In this document: positions 45,217 to 61,833 of the stretch, piece after piece
How positions within the stretch are numbered: the first letter of the stretch is position 1
How the letters are laid out: every line of letters begins with the position of its first letter
Source of the DNA: Chrysomallon squamiferum
Lineage: Eukaryota > Animalia > Mollusca
Length of the DNA: 64,000 bases
Direction of reading: 5' to 3'
Assembly: GCA_012295275.1 (NCBI GenBank)
Contig: CM022669.1
Coordinates: 9,424,001 to 9,488,000 of the forward strand
The notes under the pieces: model-generated
Databases searched by the model: none
What the model was told of the DNA's origin: nothing
What the model saw: the letters and a program-made list of their open reading frames with translations, nothing else
Translations under genes and position numbers: made by a program

Positions 45217-45755
45217 CACTTCTATTACTTCTAATCTACCGCTGCCACTACCACCGCAACTACTGCTTCTACTTATACTACTACTACTGCTACAACTACT
45301 ACCTCTACTACTACTACTGTTGCAGATAAAACTATTGTTGCTACTACTACTAATATTACTATTACTACTGCTACAACTAACGATATTACTATCACTACTT
45401 CTACTATTTCTACATCCACATATTTCTACGTACGACCACAAGACCATTCTACTACAGCCACCACCATTACTGCAACTACCACCACCACCACCACCAACGT
45501 CACTACTGCTGTTACACTGCAAATATCATCACCACCAATACCACTACTAAATTAATTTCGTTTTTTACAGCGCCTTTAGTGCAGACACCCGTACCTCTAC
45601 AACCAGACGAATGCTACTACAACGGCAAAATCTACCACAAAGGCGACAGCTTTAAAGACGCCGAAGACTGCAACACATGCGGCTGCGGCGGCAACAACAT
45701 GGTCATGTGTACCCTGATGATGTGTTTCAAGAATCCGATCCCACTGGTTATCTAA
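44848..45755 (+). CDS. Gene D: secreted single-domain pacifastin/VWC-like 6-Cys peptide, 79 aa
   Basis: Exon1 44848-44902 (MKVAIVLCLLAVTVCTWA); exon2 45571-45755: APLVQTPVPLQPDECYYNGKIYHKGDSFKDAEDCNTCGCGGNNMVMCTLMMCFKNPIPLVI*. Confidence 0.92.
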
Positions 45756-46382
45756 TCTTTTCGATGTCTTGAGATGTTTTCTGTGAAAGAAAAACAAAAC
45801 AAAACAGTAACAACAGACAGCGTATTAAACAGCTTTTAATAAACTAAAGTGTTTTCAAAACATTCGTTACTTTTTTAATTCTTTTTTTTTTTTTTACGTT
45901 GAATTATGACAGAAGGAATGACAGACATTTTTTTTTTTTTTCTTTTCTTTATTTTTGTTTTGTTTCGTTTTGTTTATTACTTATTGTTCTTTCTGACTGT
46001 TATTGTTACGATTTTTTCGTTTGTTTTATTCATTCTATTATTGTTTCGCTCTTTATTTTTTTTTCTTACTTTTGTAACTGTTTCTTTCCATTTCGTTATT
46101 TCGCTTTTCCCTCCATTTTATTAATTTATTCTTGTTGATTAATTTGTTACTCCATTTCTATAAACAAAATTTATTGGAGAGAAAAACGAGAAGAAAAGAA
46201 AGAACTAAAAAAAAAAAAAAAACCACACAAAAAAAAAAAATCCATAAAACCCCCATAAGATACCCCCACAAAAACAGAAGAAAAAACCCCAGAACCCCCC
46301 CAAACCAACAACAAAACAAAACAAAAACAAACAACCATTTAATATTTCACATCCATATACAAAACTAATACATGGTTATTAC

Positions 46383-46424
<42 letters not shown>

Positions 46425-46797
46425 AATAAATAAATAAAATGAAATAAATTAACTTTAAAAGAAAATATAACAACTTTAAAAATGTGTCAACAAACAACCA
46501 ACAACATCAAAAAAAAAAAAAAAAAAAAATAAAAAAATAAAAAAAAAAAAAAAAAAGACATGAACTTGAAAAACACATCAACTGTTTTTATACATGTTGT
46601 TTGTAAGATTATGTGGCGCAGATTCATTCTTACCATCCTTCTTTGATATAGCTTATCACGAGTCACGTGACCACTTTCCATGTGTCATTATTTCACACCT
46701 ACCTCTGTCTTTTTTCTCTTTCTCTTTCGCAGACTTTATTTATCAGTGAAACAGACAGAAAACACATCTAAAACGTGTTGTTGTCAAACTGGACATT

Positions 46798-47666
46798 ATG
46801 AAGGTTGCGATTGTCTTGTGTCTTTTGGCTGTTTCTGTTTGTACCTGGGCAGGTAATTTGTTTAATCAGTTTAAAAATACTTTTACAGAGTCCCTTCATT
46901 CTTACATGTATTTCCACACACACACAGACACACATATAATCACACACACACACACACACACAGAGAGAAACAGACAGAGAGAGAGAGGGAGACAAACAAA
47001 GTGAGAGATAGATAGATAGAGACAGAGAGAGAGACAGAGAGAGAGAGAAAGAGAGAAAGACAGAGAGATACTAATATGTTATTTAGAAAAATCAAAGATC
47101 TATAAAACGAGTACTACTACTACTACTACTACTACCACTTCTATTACTTCTAATCTACAGCTGCCACTACCACCGCAACAACAGCTTCTACTTCTACTAC
47201 TGCTACAACTACTACCTCAACTACTACTACTGTTGCAGCTAAAACTATTGTTGCTACTACTACTAATATTACTATTACTACTGCTACAACTAACGATATT
47301 ACTATCATTACTTCTACTATATCGACATCCACATATTTCTACATACGACCAGAAGACCATTCTACTACAGCCACCACCATTACTGCAACTACCACCACCA
47401 CCACCAACAACGTCACTACTGCTGTTACACTGCAAATATCATCACCACCTACCACTACTAAATTAATTTCGTTTTTTACAGCGCCTTTAGTGCAGACACC
47501 CGTACCTCTACAACCAGACGAATGCTACTACAACGGCAAAATCTATCACAAAGGCGACAGCTTTAAAGACGCCGAAGACTGCAACACATGCGGCTGCGGC
47601 GGCAACAACATGGTCATGTGTACCCTGATGATGTGTTTCAAGAATCCGATCCCACTGGCTATCTAA
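46798..47666 (+). CDS. Gene E: secreted single-domain pacifastin/VWC-like 6-Cys peptide, 79 aa
   Basis: Exon1 46798-46852 (MKVAIVLCLLAVSVCTWA); exon2 47482-47666: ...CNTCGCGGNNMVMCTLMMCFKNPIPLAI*. Confidence 0.92.
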
Positions 47667-48711
47667 CCTTTTCAATGTCTTGAGATGTTTTCTGTGAAAG
47701 AAAAACAAAACAATAACAACACACATCAGCAGCGTATTAAACAGCTTTTAATAAACTAAAGTGTTTTCAAAACATTCGTTACTTTTTTAATTCTTTTTTT
47801 TTTCTGTTACGTTGAATTATGACAGAAGGAATGACAGACATTTTTTTTTTTTTTTTTTTTCTTTGTTTTTGTTTTGTTTTGTTTCGTTTTGTTTATTACT
47901 TATTGTTCTTTCTGAATGTTATTGTTACAATTTTTTCGTTTGTTTTATTCATTCTATTATTGTTTCGCTCTTTATTTTTTTTCTTACTTTTGTAACTGTT
48001 TCTTTCCATTTCGTTATTTCGCTTTTCCCTCCATTCTATTAATTTATTCTTGTTGATTAATTTGTTACTCCATTTCTAAAAAAAAAAATTATTGGAGAAA
48101 AAAACGAGAAGAAAAGAAAGAACTGAAAAACAAAAAAAAACAAAAAATCCATAAAACCCCCATAAGATACCCCCACAAAAACAGAAGAAAAAACCCCAGA
48201 CCCCCACCCCCAAACCAACAACAAAACAAAACAAAAACAAACAACCATTTAATATTTCACATCCATATACAAAACTAATACATGGTTATTACCCCAAAAA
48301 AAAAAAAAAAAAAAAAAAAAAATAAATAAAAAATAAATAAATAAATAAATAAAATAAAATAAATTAACTTTAAAAGGAAATATAACAACTTTAAAAATGT
48401 GTATACAAACAACCAACAAACAACAAAAAAAAAAAAATAAAAAAAAAAAAAAAAAAATAAAAAAACCGAAGACATGCACTTGAAAAACACATCAACTGTT
48501 TTTATACATGTTGTTTGTCAGATTATGTGGCGCAGATTCATTCGTACCATCCTTCTTTGATATAGCTTATCACGAGTCACGTGACCACTTTCCATGTGTC
48601 ATTATTTCACACCTACCTCTGTCTTTTTTCTCTTTCTCTTTCGCAGAATTCATTTATCAGTGAAACAGACAGAAAACACATCTAAAACGAGTTGTTGTCA
48701 AACTGGACATT

Positions 48712-49632
<921 letters not shown>

Positions 49633-49919
49633 ACTTTTCGATGTCTCGAAATGTTTTCTGTGAAAGAAAAACAAAAATAACAACAGAAACATCAGCAGTG
49701 TATTAAACAGCTTTTAATAAACTAAAGTAATTTCAAAATTTCACCCAAGTTTCGTTTATTTACCATTCGTTCATCTTAAAAAAAAAAAATAATAATAAAA
49801 AAAATAAACAAATAAAAAAATAAACAAATAAAAAAATAAATAAAAATTAAAATAAAATAAAATAAAATAAATAAAAAAGAACTAGAAGAAAATTAAACAA
49901 AAATGAGCTCGTGTTACAT

Positions 49920-50080
49920 CGCCTTTAGATGTGATATCCAAAGCTCTGCAGCTTGACGAATGCCACTACAGCGGCAAAAATGACTACAAGGGGGATAGTT
50001 TCTGGGTTGGCTGTGATAAACGTGACTGTGATGGACACGACCTGGTCACGTGATCTCCGCTGACCTGTTTGAATCCCCCC
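49920..50080 (+). pseudogene. Pseudo-exon G of the 6-Cys peptide family
   Basis: APLDVISKALQLDECHYSGKNDYKGDSFWVGCDKRDCDGHDLVT*SPLTCLNPP. The acceptor reads TTACAT instead of TTACAG, Cys3 is Arg, Cys5 is TGA (50051-50053), and no signal exon is seen. The 3' flank 50311-50418 matches that of gene I (~52908-53010). Confidence 0.85.
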
Positions 50081-50118
50081 CAAGTTGCCACCTTCATTTT
50101 CACCATAAACCAACTGAC

Positions 50119-50151
<33 letters not shown>

Positions 50152-50206
50152 TAACAAAACTAAAAATAAATAAAATAAAAATTAAAATAAAAAAAATAAA
50201 AATAAA

Positions 50207-50291
<85 letters not shown>

Positions 50292-50500
50292 CAAAGAAAA
50301 AATTAAGAAATAATTCGTAAAGAGTTGTTGTACACGATGTGTTAATTATCTTTAGTGAAATAAAATAGTTTTGTCAGATTTACTGAAAAGTGTTGTTTTA
50401 TTTGTAACGACGTAGAGTTTATTGGAGAGTGCTTGGGTAGAATTATTATTCATATACATATATGTTTGGGCTTATATATATATATATATATACACACACC

Positions 50501-50540
<40 letters not shown>

Positions 50541-50616
50541 TATACATATACATATATGTATTTATTTTTTATATTTTTGAATTTTTATGACTATAGAAAG
50601 TATTTCGTTTTTGCAG

Positions 50617-50766
50617 CGCCGTTAGTGCTGTCAGACGAATGCTACTACAACGGTAAAAATCTGTTATAAAGGCGACAGTTTTAAAGACGCCGACGAGTGC
50701 GACACATACGGCTGCGGCGACAACAACATGGTCGTGCTGAAGAATGTGGTCCACGTAGCTGTCTGA
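50617..50766 (+). pseudogene. Pseudo-exon H of the 6-Cys peptide family
   Basis: Intact acceptor TTTTTGCAG|, then APLVLSDECYYNGK, a +1 A frameshift, and ICYKGDSFKDADECDTYGCGDNNMVVLKNVVHVAV*. Cys3 is Tyr and the CTxxxC loop is deleted. No signal exon seen. Confidence 0.85.
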
Positions 50767-50810
50767 TCTCATGATTCGTGGAGTTGTCTGCATCAGAAAT
50801 ACTTCTTCTT

Positions 50811-50814
50811 ATTA

Positions 50815-50863
<49 letters not shown>

Positions 50864-50901
50864 ACTACTACTACTACTACTACTATTACTACTACTGCTC
50901 A

Positions 50902-50938
<37 letters not shown>

Positions 50939-51243
50939 CACTACTGCCACTACTACTAATACTATTACTACTACTGCTGCTGCTGCTGCTGCTACTACTA
51001 CTACTACTACTACTACTGCTGCTGCTGCTACTACCACTACTACTACTACTGATGCTGCTGCTGCTACTACTACTACTACTACTGCTACTACTGCTAATAC
51101 TATTACTACTACTGCTGCCGCTACTGCTGCTACTACTACTACTACTACTACTGCTGCTGCTGCTAATACTATTATTACTACTACTACTGCTGCTGCTGCT
51201 ACTACTACTACTACCACTACTGCTGCTGCTGCTGCTGCTACTA

Positions 51244-51274
<31 letters not shown>

Positions 51275-51417
51275 CACTACTACTACTACTACTACTGCTG
51301 CTGCTGCCACTACTACTACTACTACTGCTACTACTGCTACTACTACTACTACTACTACCGCTGCTGCTAATACTATTACTACTACTGCTGCTGCTGCTGC
51401 TACTACTGCTGCTACTA

Positions 51418-51452
<35 letters not shown>

Positions 51453-51453
51453 A

Positions 51454-51488
<35 letters not shown>

Positions 51489-51760
51489 ACTGCTACTACT
51501 ACTACTACTGCTACTACTGCTAATACTACTACTACTACTACTACTACTGCTACTACTGCTACTACTACTACTACTGCTAATACTGCTAATACTACTACTA
51601 CTACTACTGCTACTACTACTACTACTACTGATGCTGCTGCTACTACTACTACTACTACAACTACTACTACTACAACTACTACTACTACTACTACAACAAC
51701 TACTACTACTACTACTACTGCTGCTGTTGCTGTTGCTGTGGCTATTGCTATTGTTGTTAC
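50811..51760 (+). repeat. ~950-bp compound (ACT)n/(GCT)n trinucleotide array
   Basis: Alternating runs of ACT and GCT with a recurring GCTAATACTATTACT sub-unit. Produces long low-complexity ORFs in four frames. Confidence 0.9.
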
Positions 51761-52104
51761 TATCAGCAAAGTTCACTCTTCAGAAACACCAGAAACACAG
51801 TGTATTTATTTACCAGCTTTGTAATAAATTAAATTATTTTCCTTTATTTACCACAGCGTCCTTTTTTTTTTCAATATATAATTATGTGACAGGAATGAGA
51901 GTAAAAAAAAATAAATGTTTTCCTCTCTTCTCTTTGTTAGCATTTTTTTGTTTTTATTTATTCATTTATTCTTTCGTTATTTCTTTTATTACTTTTTTTT
52001 AATTATTATTATTATTTATTCTAATCATTTCTTTTCATTTGTTTGCCCCCTCTCTATTTATTTATTCTTGTTGTTTTTAAATCATTTTTCTAAAACATGT
52101 TAAA

Positions 52105-52208
<104 letters not shown>

Positions 52209-52418
52209 TGCATATATATATGTATATATATATACATAAACACACGCATACAGAATCAGTGATTTTTTGTCCGTGTTTGTTTTTTATTATATGATGGCGT
52301 CACGTGAATATGTCACACCTTTTATTACGTCATACCTGCTTGGAATATATTTCATCGCTGTCGCAGAATTAATTCAATTATTATTTCACAAAACGTTTTT
52401 GTCGCCAATCTGGACATA

Positions 52419-52771
52419 ATGAACTTTGCGGTCATCGTGTGTCTTTTTGCTGTTGCTATTTGCGGCTGGGCAGGTAATTTGATTAATTATTTTCGAAAAT
52501 AATTTTTTTTTTGAGATCTCTGCAGACGCACAGACAAATCTGCATTCAGACACACGACTGGTGTACACGTTCATTCTTCTCTCTAAATTCCAGATAATAA
52601 TTTTTTTTTTTTTTTTTTTACATTTCACCAGCTCCACGCTTGCATCTACGACCAGACGAGTGCTACCACAACGGCACAGTCTACCACACCGGCGACAGGT
52701 TCAAAGTCGGCTGCAACAGATGCAGCTGCGGCAGATTCAACATTGTGGCGTGCACCATGATGGGCTGTTGA
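52419..52771 (+). CDS. Gene I: secreted single-domain pacifastin/VWC-like 6-Cys peptide, 64 aa
   Basis: Exon1 52419-52473 (MNFAVIVCLFAVAICGWA, G|GTAATT); 158-nt intron; exon2 52632-52771: APRLHLRPDECYHNGTVYHTGDRFKVGCNRCSCGRFNIVACTMMGC*. Confidence 0.9.
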
Positions 52772-53347
52772 AGCACTTCTCTCTCTGTGCGAGGTTGTCT
52801 CGCGTTCAGGAACAACATCCGACTGTCAAAAATAAGAAAAGAAAAAAAAATGTAATTAAATAAATTTAAAAAAAACAATTAAAATTAAAAAAAAAAAAAA
52901 AATCCATTAATTCGTGAAGTGTATTTATTACACGATGTTCTTCAGTGAAATAAAATATTTTGTCAAATTTACTGAAAATCGTTGTTTTATTTATAACGAG
53001 GAGTAGAGTAGGATTGTTTACTTTTCATTTATTTTCTTCTTCATTTCTCTCTGTAATTTTGTATTTTTTTTTTTATTATTTAATTATTTGTTCTGTTTTT
53101 CTTTCTTTCTTTCTTTCTCTTGTTTTTCTTCGTTACTTGCTTTTCTCTCTTTCTGTTAATTTTGCATTAACGTTCATCGAGAAGGAAGCTGAAAAGTTAA
53201 AGAAGTGTTTTATGGCAGTCACGTGGATTATGATTATATATGTTTCTTTCACGTCAAACGGTTACGTTGTTTTTCCGCCTTCTTGAACTGCTTCCATTCC
53301 AGACGTCGAAACGAACAGACAACACTTCATGCAGCAACACCGACAAC

Positions 53348-53675
53348 ATGCACGTCATTGTTATAATCCTCGCGATTACAGCTTCAACATGGGCAGGTAG
53401 GTTTTATCGAGTTTTCTAATCTAAACTTATAAACAGACGTACAGACAACGGAGAATCGTGCATCTCGGAAGACACATATTCGTGGACAGACGTACATATG
53501 TTTAGACTCACAGACATGTTGCGACAGACAGACAGACATACATCAATAGGTAGATAGATAGACAGAGAGGCAGTCAGAGAAATAGGCTAACAAAGAGATA
53601 GATAGAAGACACAAAGAGTAAAGTACAGAAATGTAGGGAGTTAGACCCAGTCATTGAAACTTACTTCAGACAGAC

Positions 53676-53707
<32 letters not shown>

Positions 53708-54160
53708 GAAAATAGGTAGATTACATAGATAAATAAGCAGATAGGCAGATCGCCACAAAGACAGACAGATGAATGGATGATATATAGATATATACTTATA
53801 TAGATATTTAGATAGATAGACAGACAGACATACAGAATAACAGACCGGCAGACGGGAAGACAGACAGACAGAGAGAGAGAACAAAAAAACGAATAGAGAG
53901 ATAGACTGACAGACAGACAGACAGACAGACACTAATAAATAATAATAATAAAAAAAGAAAACACACTAATATGTGTCTGTAAATTTAATTCATGTACACA
54001 TGTATAAAAATAAAATATTTCTATAACATTTCTATTGTGGGTGGGGCTGGGTTATCGTGATAAATACAAACTACGTTCTTGTTTAGTGATGTAAGTGAGT
54101 GCACCGAGTTAAAATATTTATATAATTCCAGACCACGAGCTGTTTTGTAGGCAGACATCG

Positions 54161-54195
<35 letters not shown>

Positions 54196-54335
54196 CCACA
54201 CACACACACATGTACATGTATATACATAAACAAAAATACTGGTTTTGTGTGCTTTACCGCATATAGATTATTTTTATCATTTCCCTTGCATGTATTGTAT
54301 GAGTATTACAACTGATAACGATTATGATGATGCTG

Positions 54336-54387
<52 letters not shown>

Positions 54388-54472
54388 TTTCAACAAACGT
54401 GATCGTCATGACAACAACAATAAAGACAACATTATTTTCCTCCACCTCCTCGTCGTTTTCCTTCTTCTTCTT

Positions 54473-54503
<31 letters not shown>

Positions 54504-55189
54504 TTATTATTATTACTGCTAATGTTATTGCTGACACCACCATTCACCTTTCAGAAACGTTTACTGCTACAAAAAGTTATCATTTTGAAACGTGACATAT
54601 TACATCCTTAACTGTCTTGTGACTTACGTTAAAACCGCACCCGAGTCGTAAGAGTTTTATCTTTTAATACATTTACATGTCACAGTGAATCCGGGTTTAT
54701 TTGTCACAGTGAATCCGGGTTTATTTTGTCACAATGTCAGAAATATATATTTTGTTTTTAAAAAAGTAAAGAAAGAAGAAAAAATATCCTTGTCTTACGC
54801 GAATAAAAAGAAAGAAAAGAGAAAACGTTTGAGAGTTATGACAGCATATTGAAAAGTGTGAACGTGTTATGTAGATACGAATGATAAATCAGCTTTTTCA
54901 CTTAATGTAACAGTGTTAATTACTTCATCGCCATTAGGCAATAATAATTTTAAAAAAGTCATCAGTTTTTTTTTTTCAAATGAGAGCCAAAGAGCTATAG
55001 AAAGTAAGAAAGAAGATACGAAAAAAGAGACGAAAATAAAAATAAAATAAATGAATGAACAAACGAACGAATGAATAAATAAATAGGAAGAGTAGTACTA
55101 CAGTAGCAGTAATGGTAGTAGTAGCAGCAGCAGCAGTAGTAATAGTAGTAGCAGTTGTTGTTGTAGTTGTAATAATAATAACAATAACA

Positions 55190-55243
<54 letters not shown>

Positions 55244-55476
55244 GAACCATATAAATTTTTATTCACTTTTCAGCTTCAGTTAAAACAAGATACGACTACA
55301 ACGGCGGTTTTTGCTACTACAACGGTGTTCGATACTATGTTGGCGAAACTTTTCCCGACGCTTTGAACTGTAACATCTGCCAGTGTATGAGGGGCGGGCT
55401 AATACGCTGTACCATGAGATACTGCGGTGTACCAACACCAGATACACGAATCCTGCAGACAGCACAGCTGGCTTGA
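53348..55476 (+). CDS. Gene J: secreted single-domain pacifastin/VWC-like 6-Cys peptide, 83 aa
   Basis: Exon1 53348-53396 (MHVIVIILAITASTWA, G|GTAGGT); exon2 55274-55476 (TTTTCAG|): ASVKTRYDYNGGFCYYNGVRYYVGETFPDALNCNICQCMRGGLIRCTMRYCGVPTPDTRILQTAQLA*. AATAAA downstream near 55550. Confidence 0.85.
54678..54733 (+). repeat. 24-bp tandem repeat TGTCACAGTGAATCCGGGTTTATT (2 copies plus partial) in the gene J intron
   Basis: Read directly from the sequence. Confidence 0.85.
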
Positions 55477-56606
55477 AAGAAGAAAAAAGTTTCACTGACG
55501 TATACTCAGAAATGATGAGAACGAAAGAAAATGAATAATAAATAATCATCTAATAAATAAACAAAGCAATTAAAATGACAGTGTTGTTTCTTTCTGATAC
55601 AAACACACACGCACATATACACACACACACACACGCACACATATATACACGCTACTACTACTACTACTACTATTACTGCATTTTCAGGGGTTAATAGTAA
55701 CTATTTAAAGATATGACAATTATAGATTTATTTTTGGTTCTGTTATTGTTGTTCAGTGGATTTTACCAACTATAACAGTCACAGGGTGGCCTGTGAATCA
55801 AATTTAGTAAACAAACAAGGCAAAATACGCAAGTCCAACACATTTATTTCAGAGGAATTAGTTGTTTCAAATTGCTTTGAAAGACTGAGTTAGCAGTTTT
55901 TGCGGCATGCACTAATTGTGTACTCGAATACATTATCTGCACTCAGTGTTATTCTCTCTAAGCTGCAGAGACAATTCTAGACTTGGAAAACTAGATCAAA
56001 GCTTTGATATCCCTCGGTACTGTTTCTCTTTTGTGTTCACAGCCTTAGATTCAGTGAGTTTATAATTTAAAGTAATAATTAAGTGAGTAATAATCTGTTG
56101 TCCTCATTTTCTGACACCATCATTTACTCACTAGATGATCTTCGTTCCGTTTCTTTTCGTTGGTTAAATCGAAGAAATTAGGTTCATCGACTAACGTACT
56201 AATTTACCAATATACCGTGACATAAACTAGGTCTGTTCTGCAGATGCAGATGAACTTTAATAATTTAGAAGAGGGACAAACCCTGAGGACATATGAAAGG
56301 AGAACTGTCTTATCAACTTTGGCCAAATTAACTGACCTCCACTGACCCGAAGGAAATTCTGTGCATGTTTGCGTGTTTTAAAACAGTTCAGTTTCAGACT
56401 GGAAATAATCGATTAATAGTTTTACTACTGCTGTTACTCTGTCACTACTACCACTCCTGCTACTGATACTATTACCACTATTATTCATACTACTACTACT
56501 ACTACTACTACTACAACCACTACTATCCTACTGCTACTATTACTACTACTACCATCCCACTGGTGGTGGTGGAGCTGCTGCTACTACTACTACTACTACT
56601 ACTATA

Positions 56607-56640
<34 letters not shown>

Positions 56641-56659
56641 GTATTACTACTACTACAGG

Positions 56660-56961
56660 TACCGGACCAGTTATCTGGCGTCCTGAAATCCGGAAAGACC
56701 AGAAAACCGGAAGCTCGCGTGGGTTTTTGTCCACACCAGACCGGAACTACTCTTTCAAGCCGCGTGGCGTTCATTCACTCGCTGCATTGTTTACGTGTCG
56801 AGTCGCCACACTTGTGTATCGTCAATTTTCTTTATGTTTTTAATTTTAAAATGTTTATGCCTAATTATTTACGTATTTAGATGCCGTGGTACCAGAAAAT
56901 CGGAAAATCCAGAAATCCGGATTGCCTCAGGCCCCAAGGAGTCAGGATAATTGATCCGGTA
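56660..56961. mobile_element. ~300-bp MITE, Tc1/mariner/pogo-type
   Basis: TA|CCGGACCAGTTATC ... GATAATTGATCCGG|TA imperfect terminal inverted repeats with TA at both ends. Internal sub-terminal repeats AAATCCGGAAA, AAAACCGGAAG, AAAATCGGAAA, AAATCCGGAT. No coding capacity. Confidence 0.75.
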
Positions 56962-57111
56962 GTATTACTTTGATGTTCGATCCAGTTTCCGCAGTTCTTT
57001 TAGGCCAGAAATATATAAAAAAAGAAATTGACGTCATTGTAAAACAATAGTTTTACGACAAAGTTGCTTTACGTAGAAGGTCAAAGTTCAAACAAGACAC
57101 GCCAGCTAAAC

Positions 57112-59418
<2,307 letters not shown>

Positions 59419-60807
59419 GAAAATGATAACGAAGTTAACATCGTCTGACAAGTACGTAACTGTTACACCATGAAGTGGTTAGTCGTGTTGTTAATCAGAT
59501 AACACACACACTGCTGTTGTTGTAGTTGTTGCTGATTTTTGATATTTTAATTAAAAACCCCCAAAAATTGCAAATTTTATAACAGTTGAAATAATATTTA
59601 ATTTCGACAAATAAATAAAAGAACGGATGCACAAAGAAAGACAGAAAGAAAGAAAGAAAAGAAATAAAGAAAAAAAAAAAGAAAAGAAAACTATTTTAAT
59701 CAGTATTATTTATTTATTTATTTTATAACAGAAAATTTATTGAAATTTATTTATTTTGACAAATAAATTTGCACAAATTTAAAGAATTTGAAAGAAATTG
59801 AAAAAGAAAAAGGAAACTGTTTTAATCAATATTATTTATTTATTTATTTAGTGTTTTAACAGAAAATAATACCAGCTTCATCCTAGTGTCAAATAATAAT
59901 GATGATGGTTAAACCAACAACAACAATAATAATAATAATAATAACAATAATAACAACAACAACAATAATAATAATAATAATAATAACAATAACAATAATA
60001 ACAACAACAACGACAATAATAATAAAAATAACAACAACAACAACAACAATAATAATAATAATAATAATAATAATAAACACGAAAGAGAAAACGTTGGAAG
60101 ATAAATTTTCTGCGTATGGTGAATCCTTCGTTTATCACTTTTCTGTATCTTTCCTTAAATAACTGCAGGTAATAAAGTTAATTGTCGTGGCAGATCAGTT
60201 CAGCGAGGAAAACAATGAGATTATCTTTTTTATCTAAGATTTTCCAGACTTGCTTTAATTAATTGTGCGCAGTCACATGGCCACAACAAACCAAATTAAC
60301 AAGTTCACTAATAAAGTGACAGATTCGGTCGACTGGAATGTGGGTCGGTTTTGATCAAACCTTTCTGATCAAAATGTAGGTTAATGAAGTAGATAAACGT
60401 ACGTACTTAATTATAGATACAACTGTCTGCCTGTCTGTCTGTATGCAGGAATGTGTGCGTGCGTGTATGAGTGTGTGTGTTTGTATGTGTTTGTATGACT
60501 ATAATCACATAAACTATGTGTGTATGGTGTATGTGTGTATGTGTGTACGTGTGTACGTGTGTATGTGTGTACGTGTGTATGTGTGTCTGTTTGTCTCACT
60601 GCCTGCCAGCCTGTTTGTATGTTTGTGTGTATAAATGCAGGGATCTATGAGTGTATGTATTTATTTACTGCATATACATATTTCTCATTCAAACACAACA
60701 ATTAAACGGTATGGACGTAAGATTTCTTTTTTCATTTTCTATTTCGGTGTTTTCCCCTGTATTGAGGATTTAAAAAAAAAAAAAAAAAAGGGAACAAAAA
60801 CCAGATG

Positions 60808-60840
<33 letters not shown>

Positions 60841-61397
60841 GAAACAACAAGTACAACAACAGCAAACTAATTAAAAAAAAAATAAAATAAATAAATAAAA
60901 TAATAATAATAAAATAAAAAACAAACAAACAAAAACTGTTCTCAGCTTTTTGGCAGTTGATTTATATTGTATCTAATGTATATTCCGAAAAATGAAGTTC
61001 AGCATATCTACTATTTTCCCTTCCTTGTTAAAAATCGTATTTGTTTTATTCAAAGAATCCTTTGGTCCAAAAAAAGAGGATAGTTTGTGAAGAGTTAAAT
61101 ATCACTCTTATAACTACGATATAATTAATGTTTAGGTATTTGATATATATTAATACAACCATAAGCTGAGATGTTAAATCGGCATTCACTCAGTGAATCT
61201 AAGTGAAATATACTCAAGAGATGCACTGTCAGGATAACGGTTTGTATTGCAGTCACTGAAGTAAGGGGAGATTACTCTGTTTTGAGTAAAATCTGTAGAT
61301 TGACTTAATATTCTCAATAATTGTTCACTTAGAAGTAATCTTGTTTTATGAGCTGAAAGACTCCCTCTCTCTATCTCTGTATGTATGTATGTATGTA

Positions 61398-61444
<47 letters not shown>

Positions 61445-61649
61445 CTCACTATCTTTTTCTGTGTCTTATTATTTGGCTCTTTCTTTCTTGTTTTCTTTCT
61501 CTCTGTCTCTCCCGCTCACTTTCTTTGTCTCTCTCTTTCTCTCGCTCAGTCACTTTATCTCTTTCTCTCTCTCTCTGAGTGTCTGTTTATCTGTGTGTCT
61601 GTCTGTATATCTGTCTTTTCACTCTTTCTCTTTCGCTGTCTCTTTATAT

Positions 61650-61738
<89 letters not shown>

Positions 61739-61741
61739 ATA

Positions 61742-61833
<92 letters not shown>

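Noticed and set aside
50681-52002. Four 294-362 aa ORFs, including a poly-Leu then Thr/Ala-rich frame resembling a mucin or antifreeze glycoprotein
   Set aside because: All arise from one (ACT/GCT)n array that is stop-free in several frames. The Thr/Ala frame has no ATG, and the runs are T5-8/A3-5 rather than a regular Thr-Ala-Ala tripeptide. Expression data would be needed to reconsider.
53329-53396. Upstream ATG at 53329 as the start of gene J
   Set aside because: Out of frame with exon 2 and not signal-like. ATG 53348 gives the family-typical signal ending TWA with a phase-1 donor.
59470-59502. ATG AAG TGG TTA GTC GTG TTG TTA ATC AGA TAA (MKWLVVLLIR*) as an eleventh signal exon
   Set aside because: Stops after 10 codons, has no donor site, and no 6-Cys exon was found downstream.
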